Shown here one piece after another: positions 18,276 to 26,558 of a DNA stretch of 62,255 bases; within the stretch, counting starts at the first letter, position 1, and every line of letters begins with the position of its first letter. The notes under the pieces are model-generated. The model saw nothing but the letters and a program-made list of their open reading frames with translations. It was not told the origin of the DNA and searched no databases. The position numbers and the translations under genes are program-made. The DNA is from a bacterium (GTDB taxonomy: Bacteria; Chloroflexota; Dormibacteria; Aeolococcales; Bog-877), in contig JAKABB010000004.1 in NCBI GenBank assembly GCA_021802045.1, forward strand, positions 1 to 62,255, written 5' to 3'.

Positions 18276-18993
18276 CTACAGAAGGCGCCGGGGAATGCGC
18301 GAGAATCCCGGCGGCCACGTCGGCCGCCGGGAAGGGAGGGTGGAGGGCGCTCTCTGACGGAGCTTCGAGCACCACGCGGACGGCGGGAGACGGCGCCACC
18401 CGTGACGGAAGGGTCGCGATCAGGCCTCCGGGGGCCAGCGCTTCGTCGCCGGAGGCGCATGGGGGCCAGGTCACGGCGCTGGCCAGTTGCTTGAGGGCAA
18501 CGGTAAGGACAGCCCGCCTCGCGGGCCCCGTCTGACCCAGCAGCCGCTCCAACGTCGCCGTCTGGCTGCGGCGATGAGCGCTGGCCATTAGAGCACCCGG
18601 GCCAGTGGCGACCAGGTGCACCAGCGGCCCGTCCAGGCTGTCGCCGTACCGCACCGCGGCGGCCCCGACACTGGTGAGACGGTCGGCTAGCGCGGTGGCC
18701 GCCGCGGTGCTGATGCCCAGCGAGCGGGCGAGAGCGCTCGTGCTCAGCCCCTCAGCTGAGAGGAAGCCGAGTGCGCTGAGCTCTTGTCGGGTCAAGCCGT
18801 TGGCGGCCGGACCCAGCGAGGGTGCCGCGCCGTGTCCGGCCTGGCGGACGAGGTCAATCCAGAGGCCCAAGACATGGCTGGACACGCCGTTGGTGATTCC
18901 GCCCGCCTCCACCATCGTGGCCCCGGCACCGTCGGCGCGCGACATCGCACCCCCGGGCATCGAGCCGACCAGGATCCCTGGGCCACCGGGCAT
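18241..18993 (-). CDS. MarR-like HTH protein with atypical N- and C-terminal extensions
   Basis: LTRQELSALGFLSAEGLSTSALARSLGISTAAATALADRL resembles the MarR at 13443. The start and the reality of the 65-aa tail are uncertain. The 3' end overlaps the convergent gene by 35 nt. Confidence 0.45.
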   Translation of the reverse strand: MPGGPGILVGSMPGGAMSRADGAGATMVEAGGITNGVSSHVLGLWIDLVRQAGHGAAPSLGPAANGLTRQELSALGFLSAEGLSTSALARSLGISTAAATALADRLTSVGAAAVRYGDSLDGPLVHLVATGPGALMASAHRRSQTATLERLLGQTGPARRAVLTVALKQLASAVTWPPCASGDEALAPGGLIATLPSRVAPSPAVRVVLEAPSESALHPPFPAADVAAGILAHSPAPSVATSWSALSDLE

Positions 18994-19047
18994 CCCGGGG
19001 TTCAGCGTTCCGACGGCGCCTGTGACTTCGATCGCCTGACTCCTTAC

Positions 19048-19065
19048 TAATCCGAATTAATCCGA
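19048..19065. promoter_or_regulatory. tandem TAATCCGA-AT-TAATCCGA in an AT-rich patch upstream of 18241..18993
   Basis: Two identical octamers spaced 10 bp centre-to-centre, 55 nt upstream of the ORF start. A local AT-rich island in a 72% GC sequence. Confidence 0.3.
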
Positions 19066-19505
19066 GATCGGCCCCGCCCAGTCGGTGAGAGATCGGGGAG
19101 CCGGATCTTGTCGGAGCCGACGCGATTACATGAGAGCACGGATAGACCGCCGGGTCGGTCCGCTGCCGTACTGAGGGGATCAGACGCACGCAGTGGAAAC
19201 CTGGCCGGTCCCAGGCTCCCGCGCGGGTGCTGTTGGGCGCTCTTGCCGGGCACGGCAGGGCTCGCGCTGGGCATGGGTGGCCGGGACAGGCCCTCACGCC
19301 GACCTCGTCCCGACGCCTTGCGGGCCGCGGGGCGTCGGGCCCGGTGGGCCCGCGGGAGGCAACCCGTGGGGTTGGCGGCATCTGGGCATGTGGGGGGGCC
19401 CCGTGGTCGCGGTCGGACCGGGGGGCTGGACGCGGCTGCGGCCACGAGCTGGGAGCCTTCACCTGATGGACCAGCCGGGCCTGGAGGGGTGTGTCCCCAC
19501 GCGCC

Positions 19506-20372
19506 TAACCTCAGACCATTGGACATGAAGGGTCAAGCGGCGAGTTCGGAATGGTGGATTGCGACCTCGTGGTGCGCACGCCGAGCGGCCACCAGACGCC
19601 CATCTTGACGAGCTTGACGGAGTTGCCGGCGGCCCGAGTGGCGGTGCTCATGTTCGCCCGCTGGCGGCAGGAGAACTTCTTCAAGTACACGGAGGAGCAC
19701 ATGGGGCTGGACCAGTTGCTGGGCTACGCGCACGCGGAGGCCGACGGCAGCCGCTTGGTCCCCAACCCCAAACGCCAAGCGGTGGAGCGCGCGCTCAAGG
19801 GGAAGCGCCAAGCTCTGGCCAAACTGCGCTCCCGGCTGGGCCAAGCGGTGCTGGACGAGCCGCGTGACGCCTCCCGCTCCACCCACGGGCTGAAGACCGC
19901 CCAGAAGGGGCAGGTGCAGCAGATCCGCCAACTGGAGGCGGACGTCTCCGCGCTGCTGGAGCAGCGTGCCGCTCTGCCCACCCACGTGCTGTTGCAGGAA
20001 GCCGGTCACCGGGACGTGATGCGCCTGCAGCAGAAAGCCATCATCGATCGCGTCAAGATGACCGCGTACAACGCCGAGGAGTGGCTCCTGGAGCGGCTCG
20101 CTCCCCACTACGCCAACTCTGACGACATCCGCCTGCTGCTGCGCTCCTTCGCCGAACCCTCCGGCGAGATCCGCCGGACCGCCCAGGGGGTCGCGGTCAC
20201 CCTGGATCCTCCCGACGCCCCCATCTACCGGCGGGCCTTGCGCGGCCTCTGCGCTGACCTGAGCCAGCTCGGCGCCACCTTCCCTGGCACCGACCTACCC
20301 GTCAGCTGCGAGGTCGCGGTGCACCATTCCGAGCGGGCTGCCTGACCCTCCATGTCCAGTGGTCTGAAGTTA
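19506..20372 (+). mobile_element. internally deleted IS element (about 867 bp) with imperfect terminal inverted repeats of about 50 bp
   Basis: Left end, 19506-19556: TAACCTCAGACCATTGGACATGAAGGGTCAAGCGGCGAGTTCGGAATGGTG. Reverse complement of the right end, 20322-20372: TAACTTCAGACCACTGGACATGGAGGGTCAGGCAGCCCGCTCGGAATGGTG. About 43/51 positions match. The repeats enclose only a C-terminal transposase fragment. Confidence 0.7.
19551..20345 (+). pseudogene. C-terminal fragment of a DDE-type transposase
   Basis: 264-aa ORF that starts inside the left IR and ends inside the right IR. It contains FARWRQENFFKY, a motif typical of the C-terminal catalytic region of DDE transposases. The N-terminal two-thirds expected for such enzymes is absent. 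Confidence 0.6.
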
Positions 20373-20379
20373 CTGGTAG

Positions 20380-20535
20380 TGGGTCAAGGCCGGGCTCTTC
20401 GGCCTTGGGGCCGCGGTGTGCCCGCTGTGGATCCTTGCCATCAGCGCCCTGGTCTTCTGGGTGATCGGCCTTGCGGGGCGGGCGCTGGGGTCAGCGGGGC
20501 GCAGGGAGCCGTCCCACCGGCGACCGAGCGCCTGA
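20380..20535 (+). pseudogene. 5'-truncated, 3'-frameshifted paralog of the 51-aa membrane peptide gene (15018..15173)
   Basis: The frame opens at a TAG directly after the right IS end. It reads ...GLFGLGAAVCPLWILAISALVFWVIGLAGRALG, versus LLFGLGAAIHLLWIAAIVALALWVIGFFARPRGG in the intact copy. No start codon sits at the equivalent position. Confidence 0.6.
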
Positions 20536-20561
20536 CCCGGACCATCGGACCAGGACCGACA

Positions 20562-21506
20562 TCAGGCGGGGTAGCGGGCCCGCGCGGCCCCGCAACGGAG
20601 CAGCAGGTCCTGCCCGGATGCCGGCAGCAGGGCGTGGAGGAGTTGCCGGCGTGAGTCGAACGCAAAGGTCGCGGCGCCGAGCTCTGTGGCCTGGCCCTCG
20701 ACTGTGGTCCAGGTCTCGGTGTCGGCCACGACGACGGTGCCCGGATCCCCGACTCCCACGTAGCACTCCCGGGTGAGGGGGTTGTGGAAGGTCACGTCTG
20801 GAGCCCCTGGAAGGGTCAGGCGGCCCTGCTCGGCACCGCTGTCGGCATCGAGGCCAACGAGAACCCCACTGTCGCAGGCGACCAGTACCAGTCGGCGCTG
20901 CGGGTCCAGATCCAACCCATGGGGCCCCTCCGCTGGGACGTCCCAGGCGCCGCAGGGGGCGAAGGTCTGGGAGTCGAGCATCAGCACCTGAGCCGGGGAG
21001 ATGATGTTCACGTAGAACAGCTGGGCCTGCGGGTCGTGCACCGCCCAGCGGGGCCGCCCGGGCAGCGGGCGCGTCGCCACCACCTGGCCGCGCTCGGGGT
21101 CGATCAGGTGGGCTTCGTGCGTCTGGACATCGGTCACCAGCAAGCGCTGCCGGCCGATGTCGAAGGCGAGGCCGTTCGGCGCCGGTCCTACCTTGACCTG
21201 CGACCGCACCTCCAGGCTGGTGCCGTCGATGAGCAGCACGTGGCCGCCGGAGCGGCTGGCCGCGGCCACCAGGCCGTGCTCCGTATCGCAGACCACCCCG
21301 CTGGCCCCGGGACAGCCGCCGATGGTGGTGCGGACGACCATCGCCTCCGCGTCCAGCACGGCGATCGTTCCGGCGCCGGGATGCGCCACGAAGACACGGC
21401 CGCTGTCCAGGTCGACAGCGGCGTGATCGAACTCGCCTCCGCCGGGGATGGCGATGCGCCCGACGATCTCCACGGCCCGGCTCAGTCCTTGACCTGGCGC
21501 AGGCAC
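20562..21506 (-). CDS. YVTN/YncE-like beta-propeller repeat protein
   Basis: 314-aa ORF with repeated G..V.V.D and P.G(L/V)..D motifs (VFVAHPGAGTIAVLD, GPAPNGLAFDIGRQRLLVTD, GPHGLDLDPQRRLVLVACDSGVLVGLD). ATG 21506 overlaps the ChrB-like stop by 25 nt, so the start is uncertain. Confidence 0.65.
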   Translation of the reverse strand: MPAPGQGLSRAVEIVGRIAIPGGGEFDHAAVDLDSGRVFVAHPGAGTIAVLDAEAMVVRTTIGGCPGASGVVCDTEHGLVAAASRSGGHVLLIDGTSLEVRSQVKVGPAPNGLAFDIGRQRLLVTDVQTHEAHLIDPERGQVVATRPLPGRPRWAVHDPQAQLFYVNIISPAQVLMLDSQTFAPCGAWDVPAEGPHGLDLDPQRRLVLVACDSGVLVGLDADSGAEQGRLTLPGAPDVTFHNPLTRECYVGVGDPGTVVVADTETWTTVEGQATELGAATFAFDSRRQLLHALLPASGQDLLLRCGAARARYPA

Positions 21507-21916
21507 CAGGCGTACAGGGCGTCGTACACGAAGCTTCCCCGAGCCAGCAGCTCATGGTCGTCGGCCTCGGCGTCGAGTCCGCCCTCGCCGATGGCGCGGA
21601 GGCCGGCGCCCAGGGGATCTGCATCGACATCCTCGGCGATGTCGGCGGCGTGCACGACCTGGGCGAGTCGCACCAGGGCGCGATCACCTCCCAGGTCGAA
21701 GGCCTCGATCAGCACTTCGAAGGTGCAGCGGCCGTCCCGGTGGGTGAACTCGGCCCCAGGCGCATCGAAGGAGTGGGCCCCCTCGGCCTGGGCCCGCGGG
21801 AGGACATCACTCGGGTTGACGTAGAGGATCTCGGCATCGGGATCGATGAAGCGCCGGATCATCCAGGGGCAGGCAATCCGGTCGGTCTTCGGTCGGGCTC
21901 GGGTTATCCACTTCAT
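21482..21916 (-). CDS. ChrB C-terminal-domain (chromate-resistance-like) protein, copy 2
   Basis: MKWITRARPKTDRIACPWMIRRFIDPDAEILYV.... 144 aa, using the internal ATG of ORF 21482..22021. Confidence 0.75.
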   Translation of the reverse strand: MKWITRARPKTDRIACPWMIRRFIDPDAEILYVNPSDVLPRAQAEGAHSFDAPGAEFTHRDGRCTFEVLIEAFDLGGDRALVRLAQVVHAADIAEDVDADPLGAGLRAIGEGGLDAEADDHELLARGSFVYDALYAWCLRQVKD

Positions 21917-21985
21917 GGGCACTCTCTCTGTGAGACTGGACGGTCCGGCGGTGGGGCCGGAGGGGACTGATCCGAGGCGGGCAAG
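21482..21985 (-). repeat. duplicated segment, copy 2 (partner 16390..16890)
   Basis: See copy 1. Confidence 0.7.
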
Positions 21986-22232
21986 GCTCGCCGCCGCCGG
22001 CTGACTGCGAGCGCATCCCACCGGTGAGGCACCAGACGAGCGTACGCCGCGTCAGTTATGGCGGGGTTATCGAGCAGGGGCGGGCCATCGGTGCACGACG
22101 CTGCGGCGCCACCCCGGGTGCGCACCGGCGCTCGGCCGCTCTAGGGGCGACACCGTGGCGACCGCGCCTGCAGATGGGCCGCGAGCGCCCGCGGCGCAGG
22201 GGATGCGGAGACCGCGGTGGCCGGGGGCGCCA

Positions 22233-24065
22233 CTACCCTCCCGCCACCGCCCGCGGGCGCGCACCCCTCTTGACGCCAGTGTGCTCGGTGCTCAATGCGC
22301 TGACCAGCGCCGGGACCACCACCCGCCAGTCGCCGACAATGCCAACGTCCGCGGCGGCGAACACGGGCGCGCCGGCCGCGCTGTTGATCGCGAGGATCGT
22401 GTTGGCGGACCTCACTCCGATCATGTGGTTGAGCTTCCCCGAGAGTCCGATGGCCACGTAGAGTCGCGGTGCGATGTGCCGCCCCGTGACGCCAATCTGG
22501 CGGGAGCGGGGCAGCCAGCCGCGATCGGTGACTTTCCGCGTGGCGGCCAGGGGCGCGTCCCCGAGGGCGCGCTGGAGCGGTGCTAGGCCTGCGTAGGCGT
22601 CCGGTGGCACCCCCATGCCGACACCGATGACCACCGCCGCGCCGGTCAAGGTGTCCGGGTCGTCCTGAGGGTGCAGTTCGCACATCAGGACGCGCCTCCG
22701 GACGCACGCCGTCAGGGTCGTGGTGGGGGGCGCGACCGTGGCGGGTCGCTCAGCAGGGAGTGGCAGCGTCCCCGGACGCACCGTGACCAGCTGCACCGGT
22801 GAGTCCGTGGTGATCGCCGCGACCAGCTGACCGGCGGCCGCAGGCTTCCAGGCGACCAGGCGTCTCCCGTCCACGGCCAGCTCGATGGCGTCGCCGGTCA
22901 GTCCATACCCGAGGCGCGCGGCCAGCCGTCCGGCCATCTCCCGCCCCCAGGGAGTGCTGGGCGCCAGCAGCGCCCACGGCCCCACCCGCGCGGTCCAGTC
23001 GCCGATGGCCTCGATCAACTCCTCGGGCACGACGCTGCCCGCGACCGCGACCACGGCATCAGCGCCCCAGCGCCCCATCTGCACCATCGTCAGCTCGCCC
23101 TCGTGGCTCGCCGACCTCGAGGGCACGAGGGCCACGCAGTGGCCCCCCAGCTGGGCCCCGAGGGCACTGCCGCTCCCCAGCAGCTCCCGCGCCAGCCGGG
23201 GCCGGCCGGGCTCCACGAGCACCGCCACCACCGGCCCGCTGGGCTGGCGCGCGGCGGGGCTGCCGGGACTCCCTTCACCCTGCCGCGCGCCGGGGTCGAG
23301 GGCTCCCAGCCGCCGCAGCGTACGGACCGCGGCGGACACACCGGCGCGGTCCCCGCGAAGGAGGCGCAGGGCGCGTGCCGCGCGAAGCTCCTGAACCCCT
23401 ATCACCCGGGTGGGGCTTCCCGCCTGCCCCCAGGGGCCGGCGCCCAGAGCCGCCGAACCCAGCTGACGAATGCGCCCTGGTGCCACTGTCAGCCGAGCTG
23501 AGGCATCGGCCTTGGCGGGGGCGCAGAGCCGTTCGGCCGCCGAGACCAGCGCGGGCAGGCGGAGGCGGACCACGGCCAGCCCGTCGTCGCGCTCTGCCGT
23601 CACCACCAGGGCGTCCCCGTCCAACTCCATCTGCCGGGCGGCCGGAAGGAAGGGCAGGTCGAGTAGCTCAGCCAACTCCGGACCGACCTGGCCGGTGTCG
23701 GAATCCACCGAGCTCTTGCCGGTGAGGACCAGGTCGAACGCCCCGTCCCGCCGGATCGCCGCAGCCAGGGCCCGCGCCGTCGCCAGGGTGTCGGAGCCCG
23801 CAAATGCCGCCCCGGTGACGAGCACCGCGTCGTCGGCGCCGCAGGCGATCGCCTCGCGCAGCACCTCCGCGGCGGCGGGCGGTCCCAGGGTGTACACCAC
23901 GCACCGGCCGCCGCTGTCGCGTGCCAGCGCGATGCCTCCGGCCAGGGCGCGCCGACAGTACGGATTCATCTCCTGGGTCACGTCGGTGCGCTCCAGGCGG
24001 CCGTCCGGCCCCAGCCGGAGCTCGTCGATCGCCGGGACCTGCTTCACCAGCACGGCTATCCGCAC
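22233..24065 (-). CDS. fused electron-transfer flavoprotein, beta-subunit domain followed by alpha-subunit domain
   Basis: One 610-aa ORF. The N-terminal 250 aa is EtfB/FixA-like (VLVKQVP, NPYCRRAL, GSDTLATARALA, SSVDSDTGQVGPELAELL). The C-terminal 320 aa is EtfA/FixB-like (LAATRKVTDRGWLPRSRQIGVTGRHIAPRLYVAIGLSGKLNHMIG, ILAINSAAGAPVF). GTG start, with AAGGAGAG 6 nt upstream. Confidence 0.85.
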   Translation of the reverse strand: MRIAVLVKQVPAIDELRLGPDGRLERTDVTQEMNPYCRRALAGGIALARDSGGRCVVYTLGPPAAAEVLREAIACGADDAVLVTGAAFAGSDTLATARALAAAIRRDGAFDLVLTGKSSVDSDTGQVGPELAELLDLPFLPAARQMELDGDALVVTAERDDGLAVVRLRLPALVSAAERLCAPAKADASARLTVAPGRIRQLGSAALGAGPWGQAGSPTRVIGVQELRAARALRLLRGDRAGVSAAVRTLRRLGALDPGARQGEGSPGSPAARQPSGPVVAVLVEPGRPRLARELLGSGSALGAQLGGHCVALVPSRSASHEGELTMVQMGRWGADAVVAVAGSVVPEELIEAIGDWTARVGPWALLAPSTPWGREMAGRLAARLGYGLTGDAIELAVDGRRLVAWKPAAAGQLVAAITTDSPVQLVTVRPGTLPLPAERPATVAPPTTTLTACVRRRVLMCELHPQDDPDTLTGAAVVIGVGMGVPPDAYAGLAPLQRALGDAPLAATRKVTDRGWLPRSRQIGVTGRHIAPRLYVAIGLSGKLNHMIGVRSANTILAINSAAGAPVFAAADVGIVGDWRVVVPALVSALSTEHTGVKRGARPRAVAGG

Positions 24066-24097
24066 TCAGTCTCTCCTTCAAGGGGACGGGCAGCGAC

Positions 24098-24127
24098 GGG
24101 CGAGGGGGCGCCGGCGCCCCCTCGCCC
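24098..24127. terminator. perfect 30-nt GC palindrome after the binding-protein gene
   Basis: GGGCGAGGGGGCGCC/GGCGCCCCCTCGCCC. Confidence 0.5.
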
Positions 24128-24145
24128 GTGCAGGACTCGCGAGGG

Positions 24146-24180
24146 CCGACCGCGGGGCCACCTCGCGGCCCCGCGGTCGG
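24146..24180. terminator. 14-bp perfect stem hairpin, second of two tandem hairpins
   Basis: CCGACCGCGGGGCC-acctcgc-GGCCCCGCGGTCGG, between the ABC operon end (24199) and the etf start (24065). Confidence 0.5.
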
Positions 24181-24198
24181 GGTCGGGCCAGCGCCGGG

Positions 24199-25575
24199 CT
24201 AGAGTCCGCTCGCGCTGGTGAGGTACTTGTGATCGGTCGCGTCCAGTGCCGCCAGGGCCCGGGAGACGGACTCCCGTCCCGTCACCGCGTTGAAGAACGC
24301 GGTGTCCAGGGCCGATTGCACCTCGGCATAGGCGGCCGGGATCGGGCGGGCGATGGTGTGGGGCGAGGCGGCCTCCGCGTTGGAGACCGCAATCCCCGGA
24401 TGGCTGGCCATGAAGCTGGAGGGGATGAGGGCCCGCGCCCCGGCGGAGACCGCCGCGAACCCTGTGTGCATCGACCAGTAGGCCATCGGCTTCGGGGACA
24501 GGAGCCACTTGATGACCTCCCATGCCGCCGCGTCCTGCGCCGGACTGTGGTCGACCATGATCACGAATCCTAGGCCCTGAGCGAGATTCGCGCTGTGGCC
24601 GCTGCTGCCCGCCGGGTAGGGCCACACGCCCACCGGGAACTTGCCGGCCACCGCGTCCAGCGCCTTGGCGTAGCCGGCCGAGGTGCCGTCCCCGATCGCC
24701 AGCTTGCCCGCCGCCAGGTCCGCGCGGATGGTGGCCCCGTGGGAGAAGATCATCAACCCTTGGCGGTAGAGCATGCGGAAGAAGTCGAAGGTCTGCACGC
24801 CGGCCGGGCTGTTCCAGTCAGTCCGGGTGTCATGGCTGCCCGGCTTGAAGATCTCCCCACCGTTGGAGAGGAAGGGCGGGATCTCATGGGCCGAGGAATT
24901 CTTCCAGGCCAGCGGAATCACCTGGGGATCCTTGGCCTTGAGAATCTTCAGGTCCGTGTAGAGGGCGGCCCAGGTCGCCGGTGGGCTGGTGATCCCGGCC
25001 GCCTGCAGAAGGGTCTGGTTGAAGGTCAGCTGCGACACCTTCATGCCAGCCATCAGGCGATAGTGCTGGCCCCCGACTTCCCCATTGGCGAGGAACACCG
25101 GGTCATAGGTGGCCCACTGGGCCCGCGTCAGGCCCCTGGCTCCGTACATGAAGCGGTTCAGGCTGAGCAGGGCGTGGGCACTGACGAAGCTGTTGTCGTA
25201 GTGGCTGATCTCCGCCAAGAGGGGAGGGTGCCCGGCCTCGAACGCCCCCAGCGCCTTGGTGCTGGCACTGGTCACGTTCAGCGAGAGGCGGACGTTCGTG
25301 TGGCTGGCATTGAACTGGCTGGCCAGCGCCGCCACCGCGTTCCCTACCGGCCCCGCCAGGTGCGACTCCCAGAGCACGACCCTGATCACCGGCGGTCGGT
25401 GCCGGTGGCCTCCCGCGGTGGTGGCCGGGGTGGCGCCGCAGCCCGCCGCCGCCAGCCCCAGGGTCGCCAGGATCGCGCCCAGGGCGGCCCGTCGCCCGCC
25501 AGCTCGCAGCTGGCCACGGACCCCTGCACCCCTGGGCACTCTCGCTGCCCAGCCGCTGATCCCGATTGCGCCCAT
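24199..25575 (-). CDS. ABC transporter substrate-binding lipoprotein (family 1, carbohydrate type)
   Basis: AAGGAGAGG RBS before ATG 25575. Lipobox LGLAAAGC. The overall pattern matches sugar-binding proteins. Confidence 0.8.
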   Translation of the reverse strand: MGAIGISGWAARVPRGAGVRGQLRAGGRRAALGAILATLGLAAAGCGATPATTAGGHRHRPPVIRVVLWESHLAGPVGNAVAALASQFNASHTNVRLSLNVTSASTKALGAFEAGHPPLLAEISHYDNSFVSAHALLSLNRFMYGARGLTRAQWATYDPVFLANGEVGGQHYRLMAGMKVSQLTFNQTLLQAAGITSPPATWAALYTDLKILKAKDPQVIPLAWKNSSAHEIPPFLSNGGEIFKPGSHDTRTDWNSPAGVQTFDFFRMLYRQGLMIFSHGATIRADLAAGKLAIGDGTSAGYAKALDAVAGKFPVGVWPYPAGSSGHSANLAQGLGFVIMVDHSPAQDAAAWEVIKWLLSPKPMAYWSMHTGFAAVSAGARALIPSSFMASHPGIAVSNAEAASPHTIARPIPAAYAEVQSALDTAFFNAVTGRESVSRALAALDATDHKYLTSASGL

Positions 25576-25656
25576 GTGTCCTCTCCTTCTGATCAATAGA
25601 ACGACATCCCGCCGCCGGCCCTGAGACCCCTGGCTGCAACTGTCGCGGTGCCTATC

Positions 25657-26556
25657 TCACTCCGTCACTCCCCGGTCCTCGCCGATGACCGCGCGCACCA
25701 TGTAGCGCTGGGTGAAGATGAACACCACCAGCACCGGTGCCAGGGCGATCACCGCGGCCGCCGTGAGGTCCCGCCAGTTGTTGGAGAAGCTCGACATGTA
25801 GTGGGAGAGCGCGAGCTCGATCGGCTGCACCGCCTTGGAGGAGGTCATGATGAGCGGCCACTGGAACTGATTCCAGGAGCTGATGAACGTCAGCAGGATG
25901 GTGGTGGCCACGGCGGGGCGCGCCATGGGCACGGCCACCCGCCACAGGTACTGGAAGACGTTGGCACCCTCCAAGCGGGCCACGTCCCAGAAGCTCTTGG
26001 GCAGCTGGAGGAAGGCCTGCCGAAAGAGGAAGACGCTGGCGCTGGAGGCTGCGAAGGGGAGGATCAGGCCGGCGTAGCTGTCCAGCAGGTGGAGGTGGAA
26101 CATCACATTGAACTGGGTGACGATCAGGGCCTGCTGCGGGAGCAGCATCGCTCCGACCACCACGAGGAAGAGGACCTCGCGACCGCGATAGTGGTAGCCG
26201 GCCAGGCCCCAGCCGGCCAGGACGCCGGTGGTCAGGACCAGAGCGATGGTGGCCCCGGTGATGAAGACGCTGTTCAGGAAGTAGTGGACGATGTGGGTGT
26301 GGCTCAGGACGTACAGCAGCGCACCCAGCCGGAGTCCCGGGAGGAGGACTGGAGGGATGGCGTAGGCATCACCGCGGGCGCCGGTGGCGATGACCAGGAG
26401 CCAGTACACCGGCAAGACGAAGCCAACCCCGATCAGGACGCTGATCAGGCGCCGCCCAGAGCCGGTCAGGCGCCGGGAGTGCCCCGTTGCGGACCTGGCG
26501 TCGCCAGGGGCGGGAGCGCCGTGAGTGTTGGAGTCCGGCGGTCGCACAGGCAGCAC
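25657..26556 (-). CDS. ABC transporter permease (MalG/UgpE-like)
   Basis: Multi-TM protein whose conserved permease-loop region reads FRQAFLQLPKSFWDVARLEGANVFQYLWRVAVPMARP. Confidence 0.85.
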   Translation of the reverse strand: MLPVRPPDSNTHGAPAPGDARSATGHSRRLTGSGRRLISVLIGVGFVLPVYWLLVIATGARGDAYAIPPVLLPGLRLGALLYVLSHTHIVHYFLNSVFITGATIALVLTTGVLAGWGLAGYHYRGREVLFLVVVGAMLLPQQALIVTQFNVMFHLHLLDSYAGLILPFAASSASVFLFRQAFLQLPKSFWDVARLEGANVFQYLWRVAVPMARPAVATTILLTFISSWNQFQWPLIMTSSKAVQPIELALSHYMSSFSNNWRDLTAAAVIALAPVLVVFIFTQRYMVRAVIGEDRGVTE

Positions 26557-26558
26557 CT

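Noticed and set aside
19066-19505. ORFs 18854..19462(-), 19047..19526(-) and 19108..19608(+) in the stretch left of the IS relic, considered as the missing N-terminal part of the transposase.
   Set aside because: They lie outside the left inverted repeat and none shows transposase-like motifs. The translations are Arg/Pro/Gly-rich.
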